The notes: generated by a model from the letters alone, not told the origin. DNA of 64,000 bases from Candidatus Saccharimonadales bacterium (GCA_035457485.1 DATIBO010000006.1:370659-434658), one strand, 5' to 3'; shown: positions 17,568 to 26,614, counted from the first letter of the stretch. Translations and numbers: made by a program.

Positions 17568-18346
17568 TGCAATTTGTCGATACGCATTGTCATATCCACG
17601 AACCAGGTTATAAGCTGGATACTTCTGAAGTTGAAAAAAACGCTGCAAAAGACGGGGTGACGCGGTTTATTTGTGTCGGAACTGATGTGATAACGAGTAG
17701 GCAGGCGGTCGAATTCGTAAAAAACCGGCCTAACGCCTGGGCGAGCGTGGGCTTGCATCCGCATGATGCGAAGAGTGAGGATTCGATTTCGGATTTAGGC
17801 GAGATTGTTGCGATAGCCAAACATGTTGCGCCGAACAAGATTGTCGCTATAGGCGAATGTGGCCTGGATTACTTTTACGAAAACTCTCCAAAAGCTGATC
17901 AAATAAGAATCCTGCGCCAACAGATTGAGCTAGCTCAAAAATACAATCTACCCATAATATTCCATGTTCGTGAAGCTTTTGACGATTTTTGGCCAATTTT
18001 TGACAGCTATAAGGGCCTGCGTGGAGTTCTGCACAGTTTTACCGATAATCAAGCGAACTTAGATAAGGCAATCGAGCGAGGCTTGTTTATTGGCGTGAAC
18101 GGAATCGCAACGTTTGCAAAAGACCCAAACCAACTGCAGGTTTATAAAAATATTCCGTTGGGTAAAATGCTGCTCGAAACAGATGCGCCGTTCTTGACTC
18201 CTAACCCATTTCGTGGTACAGTGAACGAGCCCGCGAAAGTTAAGGTTGTGGCAGAATTTTTAGCGAAACTTCGCGGCGAATCTATACAACAAATTGCCGA
18301 TTCCACAACCAAAAACGCACAAAATCTTTTTAGTCTAACAAAATAA
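17567..18346 (+). CDS. tatD: TatD family metal-dependent hydrolase
   Basis: Contains DTHCHI, GECGLDY, HSF and ETDAPFL. Confidence 0.9.
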   Translation: MQFVDTHCHIHEPGYKLDTSEVEKNAAKDGVTRFICVGTDVITSRQAVEFVKNRPNAWASVGLHPHDAKSEDSISDLGEIVAIAKHVAPNKIVAIGECGLDYFYENSPKADQIRILRQQIELAQKYNLPIIFHVREAFDDFWPIFDSYKGLRGVLHSFTDNQANLDKAIERGLFIGVNGIATFAKDPNQLQVYKNIPLGKMLLETDAPFLTPNPFRGTVNEPAKVKVVAEFLAKLRGESIQQIADSTTKNAQNLFSLTK

Positions 18347-18383
18347 ACATCCAAAAATAAAAATCTAACTTTAAGGATGTTTT

Positions 18384-18638
18384 ATGAATGAGCAACGAAT
18401 AAATTTTGGCGAAGTTACCCCGAGAACCCCCGAAGTTTTTGCCGAGACTGACCCTTTTAAGCTAAGCCAAATGGCCAACGAGCAAGCTGCAGAAATCCTT
18501 GGAATTGAAGATGCGCTAGACAATGCACATGCTCAATATCCGGAATCTAAAACAGGTGAACTTGACGGTGCTCATTTATACATTGGCCAAGTTGGCCGAA
18601 ACCTTGCAGAGGTACGCAACCAGCTTGCATCGAGGTAA
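18384..18638 (+). CDS. hypothetical protein (84 aa)
   Basis: AAGGA SD and native composition. No family recognised. Confidence 0.55.
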   Translation: MNEQRINFGEVTPRTPEVFAETDPFKLSQMANEQAAEILGIEDALDNAHAQYPESKTGELDGAHLYIGQVGRNLAEVRNQLASR

Positions 18639-18640
18639 AC

Positions 18641-19063
18641 ATGTCTAAATTTTTACAAAGCATTAAAACGTTTATAACCGGTCAGCAATCGGCGGGCTAT
18701 ACTCGTTTAACAATGCGTGATCTTATCAGAATGGAGTCTGCAATTGGCTCCAAACTTTTTGGCCCTGTCCCCAAAGGTCATCGGCGCGAATTTTTTTGCT
18801 TGGACGAACATGCGTGGGTTTGGTATGAAGAGTGGAAAGATCCAGCTACAAAAAAGAAAGTTAGCGTAACTACTCGCTACGAAATACATAATAACGGTAT
18901 TTTAAAAGTGCAAGATGGTCAGCCTTACCAGATTGTTAAGGGCGAAGAATTGCGCAACCTGGTGACCGCAATACAACTTTACTACGAACAAGTTGCTCGG
19001 CACGTTTACAAATTCGATGCCGCAACTGGCCAACCCTTGCCTCACCAACCTGCTAAAATATAG
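18641..19063 (+). CDS. hypothetical protein (140 aa)
   Basis: Tightly packed after the previous ORF and native in composition. Confidence 0.6.
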   Translation: MSKFLQSIKTFITGQQSAGYTRLTMRDLIRMESAIGSKLFGPVPKGHRREFFCLDEHAWVWYEEWKDPATKKKVSVTTRYEIHNNGILKVQDGQPYQIVKGEELRNLVTAIQLYYEQVARHVYKFDAATGQPLPHQPAKI

Positions 19064-19066
19064 TTA

Positions 19067-20206
19067 ATGAACAAGCAAGTTTATTTAGATTACGCAGCGG
19101 CGACCCCGCTTGACGGACGAGTTTTTAAGGCCATGGAGCCCTATTTTACAGATTTATTTTATAATCCATCAAGCTCGTATATAGCCGCAAAACAGGTTAA
19201 GTCAGATCTGGAAACTGCTCGCGCTAGAGTTGCGCACTGGCTTGGCGCAAAAAATGCCGAAGTGATTTTTACTGCGGGCGCAACTGAATCTATAAATTTG
19301 GCTATAAATGGTGTAATGCGTCAATTTGCAGACGCACAGCTTATTGCAAGCTCAATCGAGCATGAGGCAGTTTTGGCAACCGCTCGGCAGTACGACTATA
19401 TTTTAACGCCCGTCAAGCCAGACGGCGTGATCGATCTTGACGTTTTAAAGCAAAACATTACAGATAAAACTGTTTTAATCAGCGTTGGCTATGCAAACAA
19501 TGAACTGGGCGTAATTCAACCGTTGGGCGAAGTTGCGCAGATTATTAAGGAGATTCGCCGCTTACGGCAACTTAAGAACAACAAATTACCGCTTTATTTA
19601 CACACCGATGCCAGCCAGGCTGCTTGCTATTTGGACTTACATGCAAGTCGTTTGGGCGCTGATCTAATCACTCTTAACGGAGGTAAAATGTATGGCCCAA
19701 AGCAAACTGGCGTGCTTTTTGTAAGAGCTGGTGTAACTTTACAACCACAAGTTTACGGTGGCGGTCAGGAGATGGGTGTGCGGTCTGGCACAGAGAATGT
19801 TACCGGCGCAATCGGTTTGGCGGCGGCTTTGGATTTCGCTCAATCTGAACGAAAAGAGGCTATCGCTAAAGCCGGTGCCCTGCGCGATGAACTGCAGCGC
19901 CGAATAGTCGAGCTGCGCCCAGATGCAATTATTAACGGAAATCAAAAAAAGCGCTTGCCAAATATTTTGAACGTAAGCTTGCCTGGCGCTGATGGCGAGC
20001 GACTCTTAATGGAACTTGATGAGCTTGGGGTGATGATTAGTACCGGATCTGCCTGTGCGGCAAATAAGCAAACCGCCTCACACGTTTTGCAAGCGCTGGG
20101 GTGTGACGAGCAAACCGTGCAAGGAAGTCTGCGTTTTTCGGTTGGGCGGCGAACTTCTAAAGCAGATATAAATCGTGCGATTAAAGCGCTAGCGTCTGTA
20201 TTGTAA
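19067..20206 (+). CDS. cysteine desulfurase (class V aminotransferase, NifS/IscS-like)
   Basis: Contains HTDASQA, the PLP-lysine context LNGGKMYGPKQTG, and SGTENV. Confidence 0.9.
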   Translation: MNKQVYLDYAAATPLDGRVFKAMEPYFTDLFYNPSSSYIAAKQVKSDLETARARVAHWLGAKNAEVIFTAGATESINLAINGVMRQFADAQLIASSIEHEAVLATARQYDYILTPVKPDGVIDLDVLKQNITDKTVLISVGYANNELGVIQPLGEVAQIIKEIRRLRQLKNNKLPLYLHTDASQAACYLDLHASRLGADLITLNGGKMYGPKQTGVLFVRAGVTLQPQVYGGGQEMGVRSGTENVTGAIGLAAALDFAQSERKEAIAKAGALRDELQRRIVELRPDAIINGNQKKRLPNILNVSLPGADGERLLMELDELGVMISTGSACAANKQTASHVLQALGCDEQTVQGSLRFSVGRRTSKADINRAIKALASVL

Positions 20207-20229
20207 AAAACTTATTTTAATTGTATAAT
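20201..20229 (+). promoter_or_regulatory. sigma70-like promoter of cassette G
   Basis: TTGTAA (overlapping the desulfurase stop), 17-nt spacer, TATAAT. The ~95-nt leader contains an 8-bp stem, GTTTGAGA...TCTCAAAC (20244-20287). Confidence 0.5.
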
Positions 20230-20322
20230 AACCAAGCTAATTTGTTTGAGATGGGCTGTAAGACGTGGGTTTACACCTCGTCTCAAACAGGTTGAGGTGA
20301 GAGAGCTGAGAGGCTTCGTGCA

Positions 20323-20775
20323 ATGGAAGGTAGAATCCCCGACGGCCCCGAGGCCGTACTCGAGGGTGTGATCGCGGGTCGTAGAGCTGCAGGTCGCAAG
20401 TCCAAGATGACCGGCACGGGATGTCTCATCACTGTCGTCATCGTGGGCTTTCTGGTGGCCTGCTGCTGTGGCGCACCGAACTTCCCACTGTTCTTCAGTG
20501 GGACGGCCGTCGTCACGGTCTGCGACAAGGACCCAAAGCAGGACCAGTACCGGGTCAGTGTCAGTGACGGGGTCACCCGCGAGGTCTACGTGGTAGAGGA
20601 CATGCACCTCCCGATCGTGGCCTGGCGCACTGACGCCGCCGACCTATATTACCGCCTCGACAAGGGCAAGGTGTACGAGATCACGTACCGCGGTATCCGC
20701 TGGACGCCGGGATCGCGGTTCCGCAACATCGAGACCGCAACCCACCTGCCCAACGCAGTCCCCAAGGGCTGCTGA
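20323..20775 (+). CDS. G+C-rich cassette G: putative lipoprotein or membrane-anchored protein (150 aa, or 122 aa from the internal ATG)
   Basis: The hydrophobic segment CLITVVIVGFLVAC ends in a lipobox-like LVAC. Codons are GC3-rich. The start is uncertain (ATG 20323 or ATG 20407). Confidence 0.7.
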   Translation: MEGRIPDGPEAVLEGVIAGRRAAGRKSKMTGTGCLITVVIVGFLVACCCGAPNFPLFFSGTAVVTVCDKDPKQDQYRVSVSDGVTREVYVVEDMHLPIVAWRTDAADLYYRLDKGKVYEITYRGIRWTPGSRFRNIETATHLPNAVPKGC

Positions 20776-20786
20776 ACCCAAGAAGC

Positions 20787-20823
20787 GCGGCTCGGCCTGG
20801 ATGTTCATTCGGGCCGAGCCCGC
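20787..20823 (+). terminator. GC-rich hairpin 3' of cassette G
   Basis: GCGGCTCGGCC pairs with GGCCGAGCC(C)GC. There is no U-tract. Confidence 0.6.
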
Positions 20824-20833
20824 CCTTGGACGT

Positions 20834-20881
20834 GCTTACATGAATGTAGTTCATGCTGATGAGTCCAAAAGGACGAAAAGC
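20834..20881 (+). ncRNA. type III hammerhead ribozyme motif (HHR-2)
   Basis: The sequence reads GCU-UA | CAUGAA-loop5-UUCAUG-CUGAUGA-GUCC-AAAA-GGAC-GAAA-AGC. The core is complete. Helix I is 6 bp, helix II is 4 bp, and helix III is only 3 bp plus A15.1:U16.1. Predicted cleavage is after A20838. Confidence 0.6.
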
Positions 20882-20906
20882 TAAAAAGTATGAGAAAATA
20901 GAAGTA

Positions 20907-21506
20907 ATGAAATTAATTTTTACGATTGCAATCATTGCATTGGGTTTGTGGGCGGCGGTTACCGGTGTGAATAATCTTTTGACTGTAGATGATCTTAAGG
21001 AGTGTAGCGGCCCGAGTTCAACTAATACTACGTGTGCTCCCGCCGATGCGATCGTAGCGATCAGCGGTGGCGATACGCCGGCCCGCGTCGCCGAGGCCAT
21101 TAAACTCTACAAAGCTGGTTGGGCTAATGAATTAGTTTTTTCCGGCGCAGCTCTAGATGCCCAGAGCCCATCAAACGCCGAAGCCATGAAAGAGCAGGCT
21201 GTGACAGCTGGTGTTCCTGCGAGTGCAATTCTGTTAGAAGAAAACGCATTTGATACAACAGAGAATGCACTGCATACAAGCGTAATTTTAAGCGGCGCAG
21301 ACCGTGTTATAGTTGTGACTTCACCTTACCACCAGCGGCGGGCGGGACTTGAATTTAAACGCTTTTTAGGGCAAAATGTTCAAGTTGTTAACCATCCTAC
21401 TCCATATGACCGACTATGGCCGGATTATTGGTGGACGACTATGGCCGGTTGGTGGCTGGCAATGGCTGAAAGCGCAAAAACTTTAATTGTAATGATAAAA
21501 GCATGA
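20907..21506 (+). CDS. DUF218 (YdcF/ElyC-like) domain protein
   Basis: I moved the start to ATG 20907 (MKLIFTIAIIALG) because the track start at 20853 lies inside HHR-2. Contains the VVTSPYHQRRA motif. Confidence 0.8.
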   Translation: MKLIFTIAIIALGLWAAVTGVNNLLTVDDLKECSGPSSTNTTCAPADAIVAISGGDTPARVAEAIKLYKAGWANELVFSGAALDAQSPSNAEAMKEQAVTAGVPASAILLEENAFDTTENALHTSVILSGADRVIVVTSPYHQRRAGLEFKRFLGQNVQVVNHPTPYDRLWPDYWWTTMAGWWLAMAESAKTLIVMIKA

Positions 21507-22543
21507 ATATTTATGTAGGAATGAGCGGTGGCGTTGATAGTTCGCTGGCTGCGGCTTTGTTAAAAGAACAGGGTCACACAGTAACTGGCGTTTACATGAA
21601 AAACTGGACGCAAGATTTGCCCGGAATGAAATGCCCATGGGCCGATGATTTAGCCGACGCAAAACGCGTCGCTGTTCAGCTTGGAATTGATTTTAAAGTT
21701 TTTGATTTTCAAAAAGAATATCGCCAGCAAGTTGTAGATTACATGATTGCCGAATATAAAGCTGGTCGCACACCAAACCCCGACATTATGTGCAACCAAG
21801 AGATTAAGTTTAAGATTTTTTTAAAAACTGCGCTAGAAGATGGTGCCGATGCAATTGCAACCGGGCATTATTCGCGCGTAAAAGACGGCCAACTTTTGGT
21901 GGCGGCTGATAGTGCTAAAGACCAGACTTACTTTTTATACCGTGTTACCAAAGACGCCTTACTTAAAACATTCTTCCCGGTTGGCGAACTCACGAAACCC
22001 GAGGTACGCGCAGAAGCCGAAAAGCGTGGTTTAGTCACCGCTGGTAAAAAAGATAGCCAGGGTATTTGCTTTGTCGGCGAAGTTGGTATTAAAGACTTTT
22101 TAAGCCAGTATGTTACAGCCGAACCCGGCGATGTGATTGATAAAAAAACCGGCAAAATAATTGGCCAACACGAGGGCGCAATTTTTTACACAATCGGTCA
22201 GCGCCACGGGCTGGGGATCGGCGGCGGCTTGCCATATTATGTAACAAGCAAAGATATTGCCAAAAACGAGGTTTATGTTACCACAGATATCAACGACGCT
22301 GCTTTATGGCTAAATAAAGTTGAGCTCAATCAACCGCACTGGATTGATGAAAAGCCAAAAGTTGGTCATGAATATCAGGTTAGAACACGTTATCGTGCGC
22401 CACTCGTAACGGCGAAGATTACGAGAATCAGCGACAAAATCACCGAGCTTGAACTTAAGGATACGGCTAGGGCAATTACCGCTGGTCAATCAGTTGTAGT
22501 CTATAGTGGTGACAAAGTTTTGGGCGGCGGAATCGTAGCCTAA
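21503..22543 (+). CDS. mnmA: tRNA 2-thiouridine(34) synthase
   Basis: PP-loop GMSGGVDSS, plus ATGHY and CFVGE. Confidence 0.95.
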   Translation: MNIYVGMSGGVDSSLAAALLKEQGHTVTGVYMKNWTQDLPGMKCPWADDLADAKRVAVQLGIDFKVFDFQKEYRQQVVDYMIAEYKAGRTPNPDIMCNQEIKFKIFLKTALEDGADAIATGHYSRVKDGQLLVAADSAKDQTYFLYRVTKDALLKTFFPVGELTKPEVRAEAEKRGLVTAGKKDSQGICFVGEVGIKDFLSQYVTAEPGDVIDKKTGKIIGQHEGAIFYTIGQRHGLGIGGGLPYYVTSKDIAKNEVYVTTDINDAALWLNKVELNQPHWIDEKPKVGHEYQVRTRYRAPLVTAKITRISDKITELELKDTARAITAGQSVVVYSGDKVLGGGIVA

Positions 22544-22575
22544 AAACTTTAGCGTAAGCGTGTTACAATTGGCCT

Positions 22576-23805
22576 ATGCAATCAGGCCAGCATCACACGG
22601 TTGGAGTGAATAAGCCCGATAAAAAACTCAGGCCCTGGATTTATATTGGAATTCTAGTTTTAACAGCGCTTGCTGTAGCGTTTGCAATTTGGTGGTCGGT
22701 ACAGCAAACACCGGAGCAAATGGTGCAATCTGAACCTCCGATTGAGCAGGCTGTTCAAGATCAGCCCTTGGTTGTTCCAAAAATTGCTACCGAGGTTGTT
22801 TTAGGCGGGCGTGAACATATTTGGGATATTGGGTTTTTGCCCACTAAAGAAATGATTTTTACTGAACGCGGTGGTAAAATTAGCGCCTTTGTTGACGGCC
22901 AGGTTAGGGAACTTGCTAATGTAGACGATGTAAAAGTTGGTGGCGAAGGCGGCTTGTTAGGTTTGGCGATCGACCCTGATTTTGCTAATAACCGACTAAT
23001 TTACACCTGTTACGACAGTACCTCGGGCGACGTTAGAGTTGTTAAATTTAAAATTAACGACCAACTAAATGGTCTGCAAGGTAAGACAGACGTTGTTACT
23101 GGAATCCCAGCGAACCCGAGCGGACGGCATTCTGGCTGCAGAGTTGCCTTTGGACTTGACGGATATTTATGGGTGGCCACTGGCGACGCTGCAATGAACG
23201 GAACAATCCCTCAAGATCCTGAGAGCCTGGGTGGAAAAATTTTACGTGTTGATCGTGAGGGTAATGCTGCGCCTGGCAATTTAGGTGGAGAATTTGATGC
23301 GAGAATTTTTTCTTACGGCCATCGCAATTCGCAAGGTTTAGCATTTTTTAGCGAGCCAATAAATGGCATCCAAGGTATAAGTGTCGAGCACGGGAGCTAC
23401 CAAGATGACGAACTAAACCCTCTTTTGCCGGGTAACTTTGGTTGGTCTCCAGGCGCTGGCTACAACGAGCTTGGCGTGCCAATGACTGATAAGAGTCGGT
23501 TTACGGATGCCGTAAGTGCAATCTGGAGTTCCGGCGAGACTACAATTGCGCCTTCCGGTGCAGCAATCTTGCAAGGGCAAAATTGGGGTTTATGGCAGGG
23601 ACGCGTTGCTGTATCGGTTCTAAAGGATAAACACGTGCGCCTTTTTGAGCTTGATAAAGACTTAAAGCTAGTTAGCGAGCTTGAGTTATTTAAAAACGAA
23701 TTTGGGCGACTACGCGCGGCCACTCTGGGGCCAGATAACGCGCTTTATATTAGCACCAGCAACGGCAACGACGACAAGATCATTAGGGTTTTTACAACTG
23801 ATTAA
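22576..23805 (+). CDS. PQQ-dependent sugar (glucose/sorbosone) dehydrogenase-like beta-propeller, N-terminally anchored
   Basis: Contains GGLLGLAIDPDF, HSGCRVAFGLDGYLWV and GHRNSQGLAF. Confidence 0.8.
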   Translation: MQSGQHHTVGVNKPDKKLRPWIYIGILVLTALAVAFAIWWSVQQTPEQMVQSEPPIEQAVQDQPLVVPKIATEVVLGGREHIWDIGFLPTKEMIFTERGGKISAFVDGQVRELANVDDVKVGGEGGLLGLAIDPDFANNRLIYTCYDSTSGDVRVVKFKINDQLNGLQGKTDVVTGIPANPSGRHSGCRVAFGLDGYLWVATGDAAMNGTIPQDPESLGGKILRVDREGNAAPGNLGGEFDARIFSYGHRNSQGLAFFSEPINGIQGISVEHGSYQDDELNPLLPGNFGWSPGAGYNELGVPMTDKSRFTDAVSAIWSSGETTIAPSGAAILQGQNWGLWQGRVAVSVLKDKHVRLFELDKDLKLVSELELFKNEFGRLRAATLGPDNALYISTSNGNDDKIIRVFTTD

Positions 23806-23858
23806 ATTAAGTATGTGATATACTAACTTTGTAAGCATAAACATAATCGAGGGAAGTT

Positions 23859-24098
23859 ATGGATCCGCAACAAAATCCTGGTGCAACACCAACAGAAGGC
23901 ACGCAACCAACAACAGCTCCAACTCCGCCAAGCGGTGACACTGGCGCAACTCCACCAGCTCCAACAGAGGGCGGTAATTGGGAACAGCCCGCCGGTGGCA
24001 CTCCAACTGCAGGCGGCACAACACCTCCGCCTGCTGGCGGTGAGGCGACTCCTCCAGCCCCAGATGCAGGTGGCACTCCACCAGTAGCCGGTCAGTAA
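23859..24098 (+). CDS. low-complexity Pro/Thr/Gly/Ala-rich small protein (79 aa)
   Basis: The GC looks elevated only because of amino-acid bias. Third codon positions are A/T-rich, so the gene is native. There is a GAGGGAAG SD-like sequence. Confidence 0.45.
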   Translation: MDPQQNPGATPTEGTQPTTAPTPPSGDTGATPPAPTEGGNWEQPAGGTPTAGGTTPPPAGGEATPPAPDAGGTPPVAGQ

Positions 24099-24154
24099 GT
24101 CGGTGAACCAAAAAAGGGGTCGAGTTCTTTCGGCCTCTTTTTATATCTGTTATA

Positions 24155-26137
24155 ATGGCATCAAATATGAACGCACAACAAATTCGCAATAAATACATAG
24201 AGTTTTACAAGCAACGTGATCACAAAATTATTCCGCGTGCTCTTTTAGTGCCGCAAAACGACCCAACTACGCTTTTTACGGGTAGCGGCATGCAGCCAAT
24301 GGTGCCGTATTTGTTGGGCGAAGAACACCCCGAAGGCAAGCGAATTGCCGACAGCCAAACCTGTTTGCGTGTGCAAGACATCGAAGAGGTTGGTGATCCG
24401 CGCCACACAACCTTTTTTGAAATGCTCGGTAACTGGAGTTTGGGCGACTATTTTAAAAAAGAACAACTACCGTGGATTTTCGAATTTATGGTGGATGTCG
24501 TCGGGCTTGACCCAAACAAAATTTATGTAACTGCGTTTATAGGTGACAAAGAATTTAATGTTCCTAAAGACACCGAGTCGGGCGAAATCTGGAAGAGCTT
24601 ATTTAAGTCCAAAGGAATTGAGGCTGGCGAAGTCGATTCTGGCTCCGAGGCTAACGCCGCTAAAGTTGGGATGCCGGCTGGTGCGCGAATTTTTTACTAT
24701 GACGACAAAAAGAACTGGTGGTGGCGTGGTAGCATGATCAAAAATATGACCGTTGGAGAACCAGGCGGTCCGTCGACCGAGCTATTTTACGAGTTCGATT
24801 TTATCGAGCATGACACAAGCTACGGCGAAAAGTGTCATCCTAACTGCGATTGTGGCCGCTTTGTAGAGATTGGCAACAATGTACTAATGGAATATGTACG
24901 AACTGAAAAGGGTATTGAGCCATTGCCATCTAAAAATATTGACTTTGGTGGTGGCTTGGAACGTATTGCCCAAGCAGCAATTAACAGCCCAGACATGTTT
25001 AAAGTAAGCCTTTTGTGGCCGATCGTAGAAAAACTTGAGGAAATCAGCGGCAAAAAATACGAAAATCACACCAATGCGATGCGCGTAATTGCCGATCACT
25101 TGCGTGGTGCGGCGTTTTTGGCAGTAGATGGAGTGACACCAAGCAATAAAGAACAAGGCTACGTTATGCGTCGTTTAATGCGCCGTGCGATTCGTTTTGC
25201 GTTTGAACTTGGCGTCGAGCAAAACTTTATGCAACAAATTGTTCCGGTGATCGCCGAAATATACGAAAAAGATTTCCCTGAAGTGGCGAAGAATCGCGAT
25301 CACGTGGTTGAGGTTTTGGCGCGCGAAGAAAAAGTGTTCCGTCAGACCCTGAGGAACGGACTAAAAGTTTTTGAAAAACTTACAACCAAAGAAGTCGTTC
25401 CGAGCTCTGCGCATATTGGACTAGACGCTCGAGTTGATGGTGATACTCAGATAGGCAAAGTAAAGATAAGGTTGCTTAGGGGTGAAGATATATTTTTATT
25501 GTACGATACGTATGGTTTTCCAGTTGAGCTTAGTGTCGAAGAAGCATTTAAGCAAGAAGTTGAAGTTCCCGAAAACTGGCGCGAAGACTTTGAAAAACAT
25601 ATGCAAGAACAACGTGCTCGCAGCCAAACTGCCAGCAAAGGCGTGTTTAAGGGTGGTTTGGGTGGTCAGCAATTAATCCATAAAAAATATCACACTGCGA
25701 CTCACTTGCTTTACCAGGCTTTGCGCGATGTTTTAGGTAAGCACGTGATCCAGCGGGGCAGTAATATTACTGAAGAACGGTTACGTTTTGACTTTAGTCA
25801 CCCAGAAAAGGTAACTCCAGAACAGCTAAAACAAGCCGAAGACATTGTTAATGAGCAAATTGGCAAAGACTTAAAAATATCATGGGCCGAATATCCAACT
25901 ACCGAAGCAACCGGGCCTTTGGGTGCTTTGGGGCAGTTTGGCGATCGCTACGGCGAGACTGTTAAGGTCTACAAAATGATCGCCGATGGCGCCGAAAAAC
26001 CTTTTAGCTTTGAGATCTGTGGCGGTCCGCATGTTGATCATACTTTGCAGTTGTTCGAAGATGGTAAACGATTTAAGATCTTAAAAGAAGAAGCAAGCAG
26101 CGCCGGTGTGCGTCGAATAAAAGCAGTTTTGCAATAA
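24155..26137 (+). CDS. alaS: alanine--tRNA ligase (660 aa; ends after the editing domain with no C-Ala domain)
   Basis: Contains FTGSGMQP and HTTFFEMLGNWSLGDYFK. The editing-domain motifs HTATHLL and CGGPHV are present. The protein terminates at GVRRIKAVLQ. Confidence 0.95.
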   Translation: MASNMNAQQIRNKYIEFYKQRDHKIIPRALLVPQNDPTTLFTGSGMQPMVPYLLGEEHPEGKRIADSQTCLRVQDIEEVGDPRHTTFFEMLGNWSLGDYFKKEQLPWIFEFMVDVVGLDPNKIYVTAFIGDKEFNVPKDTESGEIWKSLFKSKGIEAGEVDSGSEANAAKVGMPAGARIFYYDDKKNWWWRGSMIKNMTVGEPGGPSTELFYEFDFIEHDTSYGEKCHPNCDCGRFVEIGNNVLMEYVRTEKGIEPLPSKNIDFGGGLERIAQAAINSPDMFKVSLLWPIVEKLEEISGKKYENHTNAMRVIADHLRGAAFLAVDGVTPSNKEQGYVMRRLMRRAIRFAFELGVEQNFMQQIVPVIAEIYEKDFPEVAKNRDHVVEVLAREEKVFRQTLRNGLKVFEKLTTKEVVPSSAHIGLDARVDGDTQIGKVKIRLLRGEDIFLLYDTYGFPVELSVEEAFKQEVEVPENWREDFEKHMQEQRARSQTASKGVFKGGLGGQQLIHKKYHTATHLLYQALRDVLGKHVIQRGSNITEERLRFDFSHPEKVTPEQLKQAEDIVNEQIGKDLKISWAEYPTTEATGPLGALGQFGDRYGETVKVYKMIADGAEKPFSFEICGGPHVDHTLQLFEDGKRFKILKEEASSAGVRRIKAVLQ

Positions 26138-26146
26138 TTATAAAAC

Positions 26147-26171
26147 AGCCCCAGAGAGTATCTGGGGCTTT
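26147..26171 (+). terminator. alaS intrinsic terminator
   Basis: AGCCCCAGA-gagta-TCTGGGGCT followed by TT. Confidence 0.6.
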
Positions 26172-26202
26172 CGCCGCCCATGACGCTATAGTCAGGGCGG
26201 CG
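26172..26202 (-). terminator. GC-rich hairpin at the distal end of cassette H
   Basis: CGCCGCCC pairs with GGGCGGCG, directly abutting the alaS terminator. Confidence 0.5.
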
Positions 26203-26324
26203 CGTCTTTTGGCTGTGAGATGCATGATCGCACTTATAGCCTGATGGTCGTCTTCTTAGGGCGAGGGAAGATCAATGTGATCCAGCTCGCCATTCGGCAG
26301 AATGAATGGAGTCGACAACGAGAA

Positions 26325-26561
26325 CTATCGCTTGGTGTGGTGGCGTCCCTTGCTGGGACTGCCGGACAGGAGTCCGTAAGCCGCAACGGCGATCAACACA
26401 AAGGTCGAAGTCACGCCGAAGAACATGAAGTTTTGAGCACTCTCGTCGTTCTGCGTAAGCGTGCAGGCCATGCTCCCACCATATCCTACGGCCGCACACG
26501 TCATCGAAACAATCAACGAGATGTACCAAAGCCAAGTCTTAAACTCCACAGCTTCCTCCAA
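26325..26561 (-). CDS. cassette H2: small 2-TM membrane protein (74-78 aa), intermediate GC
   Basis: The most likely start is GTG 26549, 5 nt after a GGAGG SD; the track uses TTG 26561. Hydrophobic helices are WLWYISLIVSMTCAAVGYGG and FFGVTSTFVLIAVAAYGLL. Confidence 0.6.
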   Translation of the reverse strand: MEEAVEFKTWLWYISLIVSMTCAAVGYGGSMACTLTQNDESAQNFMFFGVTSTFVLIAVAAYGLLSGSPSKGRHHTKR

Positions 26562-26586
26562 GGCTGCGATCCAATTAGACTTCTAT

Positions 26587-26614
26587 ATTATACCACAAGC
26601 ACTATAAAATTCAA
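26587..26614 (-). promoter_or_regulatory. sigma70-like promoter between H1 and H2
   Basis: On the minus strand: TTGAAT, 16-nt spacer, TATAAT, in a short AT-rich spacer between two GC-rich ORFs. Confidence 0.5.

Noticed and set aside
20853-20906. The ORF track gives N-terminal extensions at 20853 (DUF218 gene), 36474 (uvrA), 47722 (uvrC), 42804 (rplY), 50213 (secG), 60027 (HAD-like), 44167 (cassette J) and 63263 (recombinase).
   Set aside because: The extensions cross a ribozyme, promoters or -10 boxes, or a tRNA gene. In each case an internal start restores the conserved N-terminus, and in several it has a much better SD or a leaderless context.
23807-24198. The GC-elevated stretch around 23859-24098 could be another foreign cassette; it carries several overlapping ORFs on both strands.
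   Set aside because: The elevated GC comes from Pro/Thr/Gly/Ala codons whose third positions are mostly A/T, which is native usage. It also lacks the GC-only hairpin architecture. The antisense ORFs are low-complexity mirror artefacts.
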